Shown: positions 18,062-28,799 of the stretch, one piece after another
Numbering within the stretch: the first letter of the stretch is position 1
Layout: every line of letters begins with the position of its first letter
IMG/VR virus record: IMGVR_UViG_3300021399_003599
Direction: 5' to 3' (one strand)
Length of the DNA: 64,000 nucleotides
DNA from: a virus
Lineage: Duplodnaviria > Caudoviricetes
Made by a program: the position numbers and the translations under genes
Notes under the pieces: model-generated
The model's database searches: none
Told to the model about the DNA's origin: nothing
What the model saw: the letters and a program-made list of their open reading frames with translations, nothing else

Positions 18062-18622
18062 CTAAAATGCAAAAAAATGTCCGATTATGCGCACCGTAGA
18101 GTCAACGTCTTTGTTTTTAATTTTGTAACAAGTAATATAATTCTTTTCACAAAATCGTTTAAACTTTCTAAAGTTAATAAAATCTGCGATACCCCTTCTA
18201 AGCATTTGCAGATTAAAACCTTTTTCTCTTTTTATTGAGCGCATTAATCTGACAAAAAAATTTTCTGTTAAATAAAAGATAGTAAAATTATCTAACTTTT
18301 TTACAACAGAATATATACCACTCGGATTTAAGACTAGAATATTTTGACAATTTTCTTTTAAATTATTAATCGGTGTGCCATATCGCCAACCTCTAAAAAC
18401 TGTCTGTTCTAAATAATCATAGCTATCAAATTCTTTAAAGTTCGCGCAAAAATGATAATCTACATCTTGTTTCTCGCCTTGCCGCATTGGCCTTGTGGTA
18501 TTACTAATAACTAAATTACAATTCCGCCCAGTCTTCGATATAGCTGAATAAACAGCGCGGGCCACCGTGTCTTTACCTGCGGCAGATGGCCCGCAAAGAA
18601 TTATGTCCTTCCAATCATACAT
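18062..18622 (-). CDS. gmk: Guanylate kinase-like nucleotide kinase
   Basis: P-loop GPSAAGKDT, TTRPMRQGEKQDVDYHF, YGT. Confidence 0.85.
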   Translation of the reverse strand: MYDWKDIILCGPSAAGKDTVARAVYSAISKTGRNCNLVISNTTRPMRQGEKQDVDYHFCANFKEFDSYDYLEQTVFRGWRYGTPINNLKENCQNILVLNPSGIYSVVKKLDNFTIFYLTENFFVRLMRSIKREKGFNLQMLRRGIADFINFRKFKRFCEKNYITCYKIKNKDVDSTVRIIGHFFAF

Positions 18623-18827
18623 ACTTTTTCTTCCCTAAAACAAATTGAATTTCTCCACTATTGGAAGAAGTTATTGCTCTTTTACATTTAGGACATTCCC
18701 ACCCATAACGAGGTGGCTGTACAGGATAAACTATACCTGTTCTTTTCATTGGAGTCTTACAGCCAGGGCATAACTCAATCTCTCTATACATTTTTTTAAC
18801 ATATTGTCTTATTTTCTTTTTACCCAT
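18615..18827 (-). CDS. Zinc-ribbon protein
   Basis: CPGC...CPKC, 70 aa, overlaps neighbours. Confidence 0.7.
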   Translation of the reverse strand: MGKKKIRQYVKKMYREIELCPGCKTPMKRTGIVYPVQPPRYGWECPKCKRAITSSNSGEIQFVLGKKKYV

Positions 18828-21800
18828 TATAATCCTCTAATTCATCTGCTCTAGCATATTCCATCTCAATAGTTCCATTACTATGTACTTTATTTATTTT
18901 ATAAAATTGATGACTATTGGATCGCTTATAACTCTTTAAGAAAAACATATCTCCTCTTCGATATCCATTACAAACACAGAGAGTTCCCTTTTTAAAAAAA
19001 CTATCTTCAATATAATGTTTATCTCCATCTTCTCCAATTTGAGAAATCTTCTTTTTACGAGAAGCATAAAAATCTTTACTCATCTTTACAGTAACTACAC
19101 CACTATCTGTTGTTAATAAACTAACGCAAGATTTCATATCATCTTTTGCAATAATCGTTCCCATTATTCGATGAGTTTTATAAATTGGAATACTTGCGGC
19201 ACCCCGCTTAAACATATAATCTACTTCAGGATCTTCTGATAAACTATTAAAAGATACAATATTATACAAAGATTGATTCACATTAATAAGCTCGTGCGGT
19301 GAAGCATAAAAACTAAGACTATCCATTTCCCATTTTGCTAAGCTACCGCTTGCATACTTATCCCACATTTCATTAAACAAACTATTATTCAATTGCCGCA
19401 AAAGTTCTTCTGCGTGTTCTTTAATATATTGCTTTGCAACATCCATTGTTTTATCATACTGTTTTTTCCATACTGTTTTAGCAATAACTAAATCTCCATC
19501 ATCATCAACTTGGAGTAAATCAATGTTAAAAAACTTTTCATAAAATCTATAATAATTATCTTTGATAACAAAACTCTCACCTTTTTGAACTTCTTTTAAT
19601 GCTTTATTAAAAACAAAAGTTCTCTTTTGAAGATCTAACTCATCAGGTAATAAACCTTTTTGATTTAACCCATTAAAATTCTGCATCGTTAAACGCTTCT
19701 TAGGTTCACAAACCATCCAAATATAATCTCGCATAATTTGTTCTCTGTCATCAAATTCATCAAAGGCTCCCGATTTAATTAAAGCAACTGCTTGAGTTTT
19801 ATTTACTTTAACCTTATTTAGAAAATCTTCTAATGACTCATACGGACGATTATTAATTATCTCTTCAATAATCTCTCCATTAATACCAGTTAAGCCTTTC
19901 ATACCAAAAATAATTTGATTCTTTTTTGAATCTGGTTCAAACATATATTGTGATTGATTAATATCAATTAAAGATACTTTAATTCCTTTGCTTACCATAT
20001 TACCAATAGCTTTCGCTACCTTACTATAATTTGTTGATGAATCTTCTTCAAGCCCTGCGTCTACCCGCAAACACGCAGTATTCCAATAGATAGGATTAAA
20101 ATAAGTTGCTAAATACGCACACTGAACCGCAATCAATGAATAACTATATGTATGTTCCTTATTAAAAGCATATCCCATTTGTTCGTTAAATAAAACATCC
20201 CAAATATAATGTCCTAGTGCGGGCGACTTCGCTTTTTCAAGAACTATCTTATGAAGTTCTGGAATCTTATTCATTAATTTCTTACCGATTGTTTTTCTTG
20301 CGTCGTTTGTTGTTTTTAGATCAAAACCAAATAATCTTTCATCCATCATCATTAGCATTAAGTCATCTTGTAGTGGCAAAGTTCCATAACTGTAAGAACA
20401 ATATTCTTTAATAATATCCTGCTCTTCCTGCGTGAGCCCCGCACTTGTCATTTCATCATACCACTCATCAGGATTATTTTGAATACGATAATATCTGTCT
20501 ACAGGCGTTTCCGCGCCCTTTTCCTGTGCCATTAATCGAATTAACGCATTAATAGCTGCTAGCTCTTGGACTGATCGAGGCTTTAACTTCTTTACTGCTT
20601 GCCCACCTACTTGAGTATCAAACTGAAATAGATTTAAAACTTCTAGCTTATCAATTGCATCCCAAATCTTAGGATCCTCTAATGGTAAAACGTCTGGATG
20701 TAGATACTTATTATATAAATTCTTTAAGGATAGATCTTTATCTATTTCATTTTTTTCTTGTAACATTAAAAGACATTGAGTAATTTTTTCCATTACATCT
20801 GTAACAAGAGAATCAATCTTAACATACCCTGCGCTTTCAGAATCATGAAGACTCCATTGAGTAATGATTGTTCCATCAGGAGCAGTCATAACTGCTCCTC
20901 GACTATACTCTTGCCCTGGTTCGTTAAATACAATTCCCGATGCATGGATTGATCTACTGCTAATTGTACCTTCTAGCTTCCTAATAATATTCAAAAGTCC
21001 AGGATATTGATTAACCGCATTTAAGAAAGTTTTATTAGGCTTTAAATCTTTTTCTGGGTTTCCTTCAATCATATCTGTAATGGTATAAGTAAAACCTCTC
21101 TGTTGACCAACTAATGAAGTTAAATACTGAGCTTGATCAACATCAATACCATTAGGAAAATCCTCTGTTCGATATCCTCTACAAGCTGCGAGAATTGCTG
21201 CCTTGCTTGACATAGTTGAAAAAGTACAAATCTGAACTAGACCTAACTCTCCTCGTTCTTCCCTAATCTTTTCAAACCACTTAGGTCTAATTGTTGGCGG
21301 CAAATCAAAGTCAAGATCTGGTAACTCATACCTGCTTTTATTTAGATAACGGAAATAATTATTTACTCCTGCTTTAATAGGATCATACTGAGTTAGATTC
21401 ATTAAATAATTATCAAGACCCGCGGATGAACTACCACGACCAGTTCCAATGCAGCCGCCGCACTCCCAGATTAAGTCAAAATAATGCTGAAGAAAAATCG
21501 GATAACTAAAAATACAAGTTCCAAGAGCTTCACCAATTGTTAACTGAACATCCGCTTCGCTGTCTAACTCAGATAAATATTGATCATTATCAAGACCTTT
21601 TTCCTTTAACTTATCTACACAATAATTAACCCAATATCTTTCCTGCGGATTATCGCTATTATAAAGTTTATTTAAAAAGTTATATTTACTTTCCTTTTTC
21701 TGCTTTGGAAAATCTGGAACTACTACCTGCGGCACTTGCTGATTATGTAACAGAGAATACTCTTCTACCTTATCATACATTTCCATGCTATTGGCAAAAA

Positions 21801-22656
21801 GTTGATCTACATCACAACCAACTGGTTCTAGATGTTCGCGGATATCATCATATGATTGAAGATATGTAAACCCATAAAATGAATCAATATCTTCTCGCTC
21901 ACCCTGTTTACTATTTAATAATGCTTTGTGCGCAATAAAATCTTCCTGCGTTAAACGATGACTGTCATCTTGAACCGTAGCTTTAATTCCAAATACATTA
22001 CAAAGTTGAAGTGTTCTTTGATTAACAAAAATCTGATCTTTATAAGTTGCAGGTGCTATTTCAAAATAAAAATCATCTTCAAATTGTTCTTTACAAAATA
22101 AAACATGTTTAACAATTAGATCATGAGCTGTCTTACGAGCTAAATCATCTCCAACTTTTTCAGCCTGTTTCATTGCTAAAAGCTGTTGACCAATTAAAGA
22201 TCCGATACAAGCGCTCGACGCAATTAAATGACCTTTACCATACTCTTTAATAACACCAGCTAATTCATCATATAACAAAGGAACCCTTTGAAGTCCTCGA
22301 TCAAAATAACTATTTAACCATGCGATTGAGGACATTTTTCTTAACATTTCATGCCCTCGAGCATCTTTCGCACAAAGAAGAAAGTGATAATATCTTTGTT
22401 TACTATCTCTTGTTTCAGTTAAATAAATTTCATTTCCTAATGCAACTTTAAAATTAGGATAATCACTTTTTAACTCTTGCGCATACTTATTTAAAATGAT
22501 ATGACTTGATAAGGATTCATGTTCACTAATCCCAATCATATCAATTCCTAACTCAATTGCTTTATCTACAATCGCAGTAGGGGAAGATAAAGCATCTAAA
22601 AGACGTAAATTACTATAATAACTATGATTGTGAATTGATGCACGATGATTTGACAT
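18820..22656 (-). CDS. dnaE: DNA polymerase III alpha subunit (family C)
   Basis: PHP domain (HNHSYYS, SEHE, DDSH), GRGS, catalytic PDLDFD, SIHASG, GYAFNKEH; likely start ATG 22656 with AAGGAG RBS. Confidence 0.95.
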   Translation of the reverse strand: MSNHRASIHNHSYYSNLRLLDALSSPTAIVDKAIELGIDMIGISEHESLSSHIILNKYAQELKSDYPNFKVALGNEIYLTETRDSKQRYYHFLLCAKDARGHEMLRKMSSIAWLNSYFDRGLQRVPLLYDELAGVIKEYGKGHLIASSACIGSLIGQQLLAMKQAEKVGDDLARKTAHDLIVKHVLFCKEQFEDDFYFEIAPATYKDQIFVNQRTLQLCNVFGIKATVQDDSHRLTQEDFIAHKALLNSKQGEREDIDSFYGFTYLQSYDDIREHLEPVGCDVDQLFANSMEMYDKVEEYSLLHNQQVPQVVVPDFPKQKKESKYNFLNKLYNSDNPQERYWVNYCVDKLKEKGLDNDQYLSELDSEADVQLTIGEALGTCIFSYPIFLQHYFDLIWECGGCIGTGRGSSSAGLDNYLMNLTQYDPIKAGVNNYFRYLNKSRYELPDLDFDLPPTIRPKWFEKIREERGELGLVQICTFSTMSSKAAILAACRGYRTEDFPNGIDVDQAQYLTSLVGQQRGFTYTITDMIEGNPEKDLKPNKTFLNAVNQYPGLLNIIRKLEGTISSRSIHASGIVFNEPGQEYSRGAVMTAPDGTIITQWSLHDSESAGYVKIDSLVTDVMEKITQCLLMLQEKNEIDKDLSLKNLYNKYLHPDVLPLEDPKIWDAIDKLEVLNLFQFDTQVGGQAVKKLKPRSVQELAAINALIRLMAQEKGAETPVDRYYRIQNNPDEWYDEMTSAGLTQEEQDIIKEYCSYSYGTLPLQDDLMLMMMDERLFGFDLKTTNDARKTIGKKLMNKIPELHKIVLEKAKSPALGHYIWDVLFNEQMGYAFNKEHTYSYSLIAVQCAYLATYFNPIYWNTACLRVDAGLEEDSSTNYSKVAKAIGNMVSKGIKVSLIDINQSQYMFEPDSKKNQIIFGMKGLTGINGEIIEEIINNRPYESLEDFLNKVKVNKTQAVALIKSGAFDEFDDREQIMRDYIWMVCEPKKRLTMQNFNGLNQKGLLPDELDLQKRTFVFNKALKEVQKGESFVIKDNYYRFYEKFFNIDLLQVDDDGDLVIAKTVWKKQYDKTMDVAKQYIKEHAEELLRQLNNSLFNEMWDKYASGSLAKWEMDSLSFYASPHELINVNQSLYNIVSFNSLSEDPEVDYMFKRGAASIPIYKTHRIMGTIIAKDDMKSCVSLLTTDSGVVTVKMSKDFYASRKKKISQIGEDGDKHYIEDSFFKKGTLCVCNGYRRGDMFFLKSYKRSNSHQFYKINKVHSNGTIEMEYARADELEDYNG

Positions 22657-22695
22657 ATTACTCCTTATCAAATCTAAGAACTATATTATGTAATA

Positions 22696-22724
22696 ATTAT
22701 ACTACATATTTTAACTACTGTCAA
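22696..22724 (-). promoter_or_regulatory. SigmaA/70-type promoter for dnaE
   Basis: TTGACA-17 bp-TATAAT. Confidence 0.85.
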
Positions 22725-22725
22725 C

Positions 22726-24513
22726 TTAGAAAATCCACTCTTCTCTTAGTTCATAATCCTCTAACAGAATTTGTGGTTTACAATTACCGTTCCATTCATT
22801 AACGCTACAAGTACCAATAACAGTTAAAATTTTATTTGGTTTAATTAGTTCATTATAAAAATCTTCATCTGTAAAGAATCTAATAATCTCAACGCCACAG
22901 GGCAAAACAATCTTTACTGTGTTCTTTTTTGCTCCCATTAATTGAACAGAGCAGCGACTAAGATCTATATCTTCAATGCAGATATAAGGCTCTGAAACCC
23001 CTTGTCCCCAACATTGTTTCATATTTGCAATAGTTAAAATAGTTAACATAGCTACATTATCAATATCGTACATTGTCCAAATGTAATCAACATAATAAGT
23101 TGGTTCATGACTAACGCCTTCAAGTTTTTGATTTAAATATTTTATAAAATCAGGAACGTTTTCTACGGGGATAGAACATCCAAAAGCAGATGAATGTCCT
23201 TGCGCAAACTCTACTAAATTACTCTCTTCAATAATCTCTCTTAGATTATTAATTGAACTATAACTATTATTTCTTCCCGACCCACGATAACAATTAGTTT
23301 CTTTATCATAAGTTAAAACTAAAGCCGGCCGCTGATACTCATTTGCTATCTTTGTAGCAGCAAGCCCCGCAATTGCGGGAGATATTTCCCCAGGTGCGCA
23401 TAGGCATAAAATAAAATTATTATCAGTTAATTTATCTTCTTTGATAGAATCTTCCAAGAACATCATAGACAAATCTTGCTCTTTGTTTTGTCTTGCCTTT
23501 ACATTTGCGGCAACTCGCACAGCTTCTTCCCATAAAGGCACTTGCTCTCCTTTATGTCCCCTTTTGTTACTGGCAATTAATTCATTCGCATTTATCTCGA
23601 GCATAGCATCGAAAATCAAAAATCTTTCTTCGAGAGTTCCTGACCGGACGCACGCATTAATAAAAGGTGTAACATACCAAGCTACGCCATTAAAAGTACA
23701 TCCACCTTTTTTCTCCATTGAAAAACTATTCTTTTCAGCCATTCCTTTAAAGAAAGGATTTTGAATATTCTTTAGTCCAATATCAATGATAGCCTTATTT
23801 TCAACATTATTAAAAGGCATTACGTCTGAAAGAATTCCTAGTGCAGCTAAATCTATAAATTTATTTGCATAATTATATTTAAATTTTTCATCATAGCATC
23901 GACAAAACTGCCAAGTAACACCAGCTCCAGATAATCCTTTATTCCAATAGTCATCACTAAGTTGGTTATTAACAGTAATAACATAATCCAATTGCGCGGC
24001 TTGCCCCTCGTGGTGATCTAAAATAACAATATTCTTAATATCATATTTATCATGTAAAAGTATCATCTGATCATGGTCATTGGTTGCGGCGTCTGGGCAA
24101 AAAATAGTTGTAACATTTGAAGCAGCAGGAGGTTTGATTTCTTCCTTCTCTAGATATTCACAATAATCAGCAAGTCCATGCTCTTTTTCTTTATGCATAA
24201 AATAATGAACGTGATGATCCGCATATACTACATCGACATTAAAGATATAATTCATAAGTATCGCCGCGGAAGAAAAACCATCTGCGTCCGCGTCAACAAT
24301 AATTAAAATGTCTTCATGATTTTGCATAACTTTGTATAAAACATCTACAGCCTTTTCCATGTTATTTAATTTTGTCCAAGGCTCAATACTTTCAAATCCC
24401 GCATTCAACCATTGATATTGATCTTCTGATTTAATATTTCTATTATTTAGTATATATTCAACTGGACTATCAATATACTTTAAATTTTCTTCGTTAATAT
24501 ATTTGTACTGCAA
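22726..24513 (-). CDS. recJ: RecJ-like ssDNA exonuclease (DHH family)
   Basis: DADADG, LDHH, LSGAGV, GSGR, QGHSSAFG; TTG start with AGGAG RBS. Confidence 0.9.
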   Translation of the reverse strand: MQYKYINEENLKYIDSPVEYILNNRNIKSEDQYQWLNAGFESIEPWTKLNNMEKAVDVLYKVMQNHEDILIIVDADADGFSSAAILMNYIFNVDVVYADHHVHYFMHKEKEHGLADYCEYLEKEEIKPPAASNVTTIFCPDAATNDHDQMILLHDKYDIKNIVILDHHEGQAAQLDYVITVNNQLSDDYWNKGLSGAGVTWQFCRCYDEKFKYNYANKFIDLAALGILSDVMPFNNVENKAIIDIGLKNIQNPFFKGMAEKNSFSMEKKGGCTFNGVAWYVTPFINACVRSGTLEERFLIFDAMLEINANELIASNKRGHKGEQVPLWEEAVRVAANVKARQNKEQDLSMMFLEDSIKEDKLTDNNFILCLCAPGEISPAIAGLAATKIANEYQRPALVLTYDKETNCYRGSGRNNSYSSINNLREIIEESNLVEFAQGHSSAFGCSIPVENVPDFIKYLNQKLEGVSHEPTYYVDYIWTMYDIDNVAMLTILTIANMKQCWGQGVSEPYICIEDIDLSRCSVQLMGAKKNTVKIVLPCGVEIIRFFTDEDFYNELIKPNKILTVIGTCSVNEWNGNCKPQILLEDYELREEWIF

Positions 24514-24528
24514 TTGACGTCTCCTGTC

Positions 24529-25602
24529 TTATAGCATTATTCTATTCCTCCAAAGAAGTAAGAATACATCTTTTGTTCTATCTAAAGGACTTTCTTTATA
24601 ACCTAAAACTCCAAATTTGTCAAATAGAACACTTACATTAACTTTAGAAGAAAATTTATTCCCTAATTTCTCTAACTTAATAATTAATTTTTTATAATCT
24701 TCATCACCAAGTTCATGAAAATCTTTATCAAAACCAATACATAATTCTTTGATACCGCAATCTAAAAGTAAATCAAATTGATAATTACTAATGCTGCTGC
24801 CGCAAACAGCTACACATAAATTATTTTGTAAACCAAAAAAAGTCATGCTTTTAAATACTGACTTTTCTGCTTCAACAACAATAGCGGTTTTCGCTTGCTC
24901 AATATTATTTTTACTCCAATTTAATCCAAATAAATTAAATCCAAGAGGAGAGTTATAAAGTTTTCCATTAATTCTTGCGGGACGATACTTCCCATATTTT
25001 TCATTCTCTTTAATTAATGTTCTTTGTCTGATACCAATTAATCTATTATTCTCATCATAATGAGGAATAATTATTGCACCTTCTATTGGATTATATCGAA
25101 TACCTGCATAATCACAAACTTCTTTAGAGATACCTTCTTCCATCCAAGGAACAATAACCGGTTGCGGGAAATGCTCAATAACTTTTTTATCGACTTCTGG
25201 TAAAGCAATTTTTTGTTTATCTTTTATTTGCAGATTAGAAATATCTTGATACTTTTTTAATATCTTCCAATCTTCTTCTACTATTGGATCAAATATATCT
25301 TTTAATTTCCAAGTTAAGTTAGCTTGTTGAACAACAAAATAAATTGCAGTATTTAAATCGACATTTTTCACTTTCATGATCAATTGAAAGATATCCATCG
25401 TTTCATCGCAGTGAGTCCAACATTTAAATAACTGTGTATTAAAATAATAATATAGTTTTCTACTATCTCCGCCATGACAAATCGTTAAACATTCAATATG
25501 ATCATTTACTAATTGCGGCTCTGCTCCGATTAATTCAAGAATATCAAATACATCTTCATCTGTCAAAGACTCTTTAACTTCGTCTTTATTATAAGTTATC
25601 AT
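24529..25602 (-). CDS. DNA primase (Zn finger + TOPRIM)
   Basis: CLTICHGG...CWTHC, IIIPHYD, VVEAEKS, GFDKD; next to helicase. Confidence 0.85.
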   Translation of the reverse strand: MITYNKDEVKESLTDEDVFDILELIGAEPQLVNDHIECLTICHGGDSRKLYYYFNTQLFKCWTHCDETMDIFQLIMKVKNVDLNTAIYFVVQQANLTWKLKDIFDPIVEEDWKILKKYQDISNLQIKDKQKIALPEVDKKVIEHFPQPVIVPWMEEGISKEVCDYAGIRYNPIEGAIIIPHYDENNRLIGIRQRTLIKENEKYGKYRPARINGKLYNSPLGFNLFGLNWSKNNIEQAKTAIVVEAEKSVFKSMTFFGLQNNLCVAVCGSSISNYQFDLLLDCGIKELCIGFDKDFHELGDEDYKKLIIKLEKLGNKFSSKVNVSVLFDKFGVLGYKESPLDRTKDVFLLLWRNRIML

Positions 25603-27132
25603 TTACACCCCCACTTCTATTTCTAATGGTCTAATATCTGTAATTAATTCATAGTTATAATTTGTAACAAAAACAGTTTCAAATCTACAAGTCGCTTTAT
25701 TCGCTATCTGCCAAAGATAACATCTAACAAAACCGCCTCTTCTGTTTTTATACACGGCTAATTTAGTATTAGGAACATCACAACCTAAATCTCGAACTAT
25801 ATTTTCAATTTTTTCTTTGTCTTGTTGAGTTACATCAAGAAGAATCGCACCAAGATCTGCTCGGTCAGAAATAGCTTTTGCTCCTCTTAATAGATTCTGA
25901 TCTGGTTGCGTGTCTGTTTTCCACTCAGAGCTTAACTGAGTACTCGTTAATACAAATACATTAAATTGATTAGCAATGTCTTTTAATTTTGCAGATAACA
26001 AAAACAGAACATTATCTTCGCGTAATCCTTTTACACCTGCTTTACCGCTAACTTCACTTAAAATAGATAACGTTGATTGTAAATAATCTAAGAAAATAAA
26101 CTGACAACCATTCAATCTAATATTTCTTTTAATACAATTCTCTACATCTTTTAAAGAATAATCTGGCATATCAACAACATATAACAATGAATCTTTTAAA
26201 ACTTGAATCGCTTTAGTAATCCGTTCACGTTCATGAAATTGAACCTGCCCATTTAATATTTTACCTTCATCTACTCCTGAGATAAAGGCTAATGCCATTG
26301 TTTGAACTTCTGTTAAGTCTAACTCTGTGCTAATATATAATACTGGCTGACTAATACCAATGCTTTTCCACTTATTCAATTTTACATCATATATTTCATT
26401 GCAAGCAATATAACAAGCATCCGCAATCATAGTTCTTGTTTTGCCCACGCCAGTTGCGGCGCTCCTAATATAATAACATCCTAACCTTGCTCCTCGACAA
26501 ACCGTATTAAAAAAACTATCATATAAAGGAGTACCAACATCAGGTTCTTGTTCTAGTTTTTCAAATAGTAAGTCTAAGTTTTCTCCAATAGACCGACTCT
26601 CATCTATTGAATTATCTACTTTTTCAGCTCGAATATTTAAAATTTTATTTTCAATTAAATCTGCTAATTCATTCAAATTATATTTATCTAGAGTATCTTC
26701 TTGATGTTCTTGTAATTTAGTATTAAAAACATCATCTGGATCATATATCCAAGATACATCTACTCCTACTTCTTCATATGCACGAAGAAGAGTCATCTTT
26801 TTCATTCGAGAATAATAATATTCAAAATTATCAAGATCCGCGGATCTAGCTATTTCCGCAACCCATTCATTCCCTCTATTAGCTGAATAAATACCATAAC
26901 TATTTGGTCGATTCTTTAAATAGTCTTCTATTGATTGCGGGGTCACGTGATTAGTCCCCATTTGATGTAGATTAAAAATCGCACCAAAAACTACTTTATG
27001 TAAATCATTTGTAAAATCTTCTTCGTTATAAAAATGACTACCATCTTCTGTTAACAAATTAGGATTTTGAATTGTGCATCCAATAACTTGGAGCGCCGCA
27101 GTCGTATCAATATATTTTGAATTTTTCAACAT
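25603..27132 (-). CDS. DnaB-like replicative helicase
   Basis: Walker A AATGVGKT, ISTEL, Walker B FLDY, TSTQL, KNRRG. Confidence 0.9.
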   Translation of the reverse strand: MLKNSKYIDTTAALQVIGCTIQNPNLLTEDGSHFYNEEDFTNDLHKVVFGAIFNLHQMGTNHVTPQSIEDYLKNRPNSYGIYSANRGNEWVAEIARSADLDNFEYYYSRMKKMTLLRAYEEVGVDVSWIYDPDDVFNTKLQEHQEDTLDKYNLNELADLIENKILNIRAEKVDNSIDESRSIGENLDLLFEKLEQEPDVGTPLYDSFFNTVCRGARLGCYYIRSAATGVGKTRTMIADACYIACNEIYDVKLNKWKSIGISQPVLYISTELDLTEVQTMALAFISGVDEGKILNGQVQFHERERITKAIQVLKDSLLYVVDMPDYSLKDVENCIKRNIRLNGCQFIFLDYLQSTLSILSEVSGKAGVKGLREDNVLFLLSAKLKDIANQFNVFVLTSTQLSSEWKTDTQPDQNLLRGAKAISDRADLGAILLDVTQQDKEKIENIVRDLGCDVPNTKLAVYKNRRGGFVRCYLWQIANKATCRFETVFVTNYNYELITDIRPLEIEVGV

Positions 27133-27140
27133 CAGCCCTC

Positions 27141-27644
27141 CTAATTTAACTTAAAGAATTTTAGCCTTTTAGGTTTTGCTATTGGAGTTGGTTTAATTGT
27201 AAGTTTAATTGAATCAGATAAATTTTGTTTAACAACTTGATAATCAATATCTTTATTTAATTTTTTATTCTCAGCTTGATTTTTATAATACTGGTATGCT
27301 TCTCCAAATACATAATCTAAAATAGCTATACCACCATTTGCTTTTTCTGGACCACCTTGACGAACTTCAACCCAATACTTTAAAGCTTGGTAAATTTCTT
27401 CGGGAGTCTTACCTTCTTTAATAAAATGTCTATATTGTATATTATATTTTCCTATATTTAAACTATCTCCTAACCATTTAGAAGCTAGTTCAAAAGTTTG
27501 TTTTTTAATTACTTCAATCTGTCCTTGATTTTCTGCACAAGTTTTATGAGCATATCTTTTCGCGGAAACCTGCACATATTCAGTTTCTTCTCTTCTAAAG
27601 CTTTCTCCGCAATAAAGACATTTAACTGGAGCTAGTCTTGCCAT
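27141..27644 (-). CDS. Zn-finger hypothetical protein upstream of helicase (possible loader/regulator)
   Basis: CLYC...HKTC; has its own promoter; gene position. Confidence 0.6.
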   Translation of the reverse strand: MARLAPVKCLYCGESFRREETEYVQVSAKRYAHKTCAENQGQIEVIKKQTFELASKWLGDSLNIGKYNIQYRHFIKEGKTPEEIYQALKYWVEVRQGGPEKANGGIAILDYVFGEAYQYYKNQAENKKLNKDIDYQVVKQNLSDSIKLTIKPTPIAKPKRLKFFKLN

Positions 27645-27672
27645 TATACCTCCTTAAAATATATTCTAATAA

Positions 27673-27701
27673 ATTATAACATAATTTAAAGAAGTCGTCA
27701 A
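27673..27701 (-). promoter_or_regulatory. SigmaA/70-type promoter
   Basis: TTGACG-17 bp-TATAAT with extended TG. Confidence 0.8.
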
Positions 27702-27703
27702 AC

Positions 27704-27738
27704 AAAAAAGGTCTACCTTTCAGATAGAAAGGTAGACC
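27704..27738 (-). terminator. Intrinsic terminator
   Basis: GGTCTACCTTTC-5 nt-GAAAGGTAGACC with a U-tract on the - strand. Confidence 0.85.
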
Positions 27739-27752
27739 CAAGAGAAAAGGTA

Positions 27753-28754
27753 TTATAGTCCGTTACCTACTTGTTCAACAAGTTCATTATAACATACTTC
27801 AAGAAGTTCTACCTGATCAGGAGTAAGATCACTAACTCGCTTACCCTTACCAAGTACTCGATTTGTAATTTCTACAATCTTAGGAGCCCAAACAGTTGAG
27901 AACTTATCTCCAGTAGCTCCTTGAATCTTCTTAACAAGAGTACTAAAATCAGTCTTTAGCTGATCAAAATCAGGCTTTTCTTCAGTATAAATTTCAGCTT
28001 TCTTATCAGTAACAAACTGTCCATTATTAGCTTCTGCTTCTTTATCGATGGCGTCACCAATAGCATCAACAAGATTTTGGTAATTAAATTCAATCACGTT
28101 AGGAGTGAATCTAAATCTTGATCCAGCAACAAAACGAGGAGTTCCGCGCATAAAGAGCATAGTCTTTACTTCTCCATCTTCATTCTGAATTGGGTGCGCG
28201 TAACCGATAATGTCTGCCATACGGTCAACAACAAGTCGAGGACTATTGCTCAACGTAGGTACAATTTGATTGTACTCATTTCCATTCTCGTCCTTGAAAG
28301 TTTTATCTTGAGCATGGCTAATCATAATTAGACCATAACCCATTTGCGGGATCGACCTTAAAGCTTCATCAAACTCTCGACGAGCTTGAGCATAACCTCC
28401 GCCATAAGGTACGTCCGCAATTTTATCTTTCTCATTCTGTTGACAGATATATTTCTCGCAAAGATCATAAGCAATATCCGCGGTATCTACAATAACATTT
28501 TCATACATTTGATGCGCTTCATCGCTTTTAAGCTGCTTTAAAATATTTTTAAACTCAGACCATCTTGTAACAGGAGTTGCCATAACATTAGGTAGGGCTA
28601 GGTAACCAATTTCAAAACCTAGAAGAAGAGCTTTATTAAATTTTGACGCAATGGTTGTTTTTCCAGTCTTTGGAGCTCCGTAAAATAAAATTGTATAGCC
28701 CTTTAGATCTCTAGAGATTTCGTGTGGTTGAATTTTTAAAATATCAATAGCCAT
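27753..28754 (-). CDS. AAA-family ATPase, Sak4-like recombinase
   Basis: Walker A YGAPKTGKTT, VIVDT, MISH, ADIIGY; adjacent to SSB. Confidence 0.8.
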   Translation of the reverse strand: MAIDILKIQPHEISRDLKGYTILFYGAPKTGKTTIASKFNKALLLGFEIGYLALPNVMATPVTRWSEFKNILKQLKSDEAHQMYENVIVDTADIAYDLCEKYICQQNEKDKIADVPYGGGYAQARREFDEALRSIPQMGYGLIMISHAQDKTFKDENGNEYNQIVPTLSNSPRLVVDRMADIIGYAHPIQNEDGEVKTMLFMRGTPRFVAGSRFRFTPNVIEFNYQNLVDAIGDAIDKEAEANNGQFVTDKKAEIYTEEKPDFDQLKTDFSTLVKKIQGATGDKFSTVWAPKIVEITNRVLGKGKRVSDLTPDQVELLEVCYNELVEQVGNGL

Positions 28755-28799
28755 TTGTGCTCCTTTCTAATTAATTAAAATAATTAAATAATTAATTAA

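Noticed and set aside
17985-18064. Possible anti-RBS stem upstream of nrdD
   Set aside because: Pairing needs two mismatches and several G-U pairs in very AT-rich sequence, and the candidate promoter spacing does not fit; too weak to call
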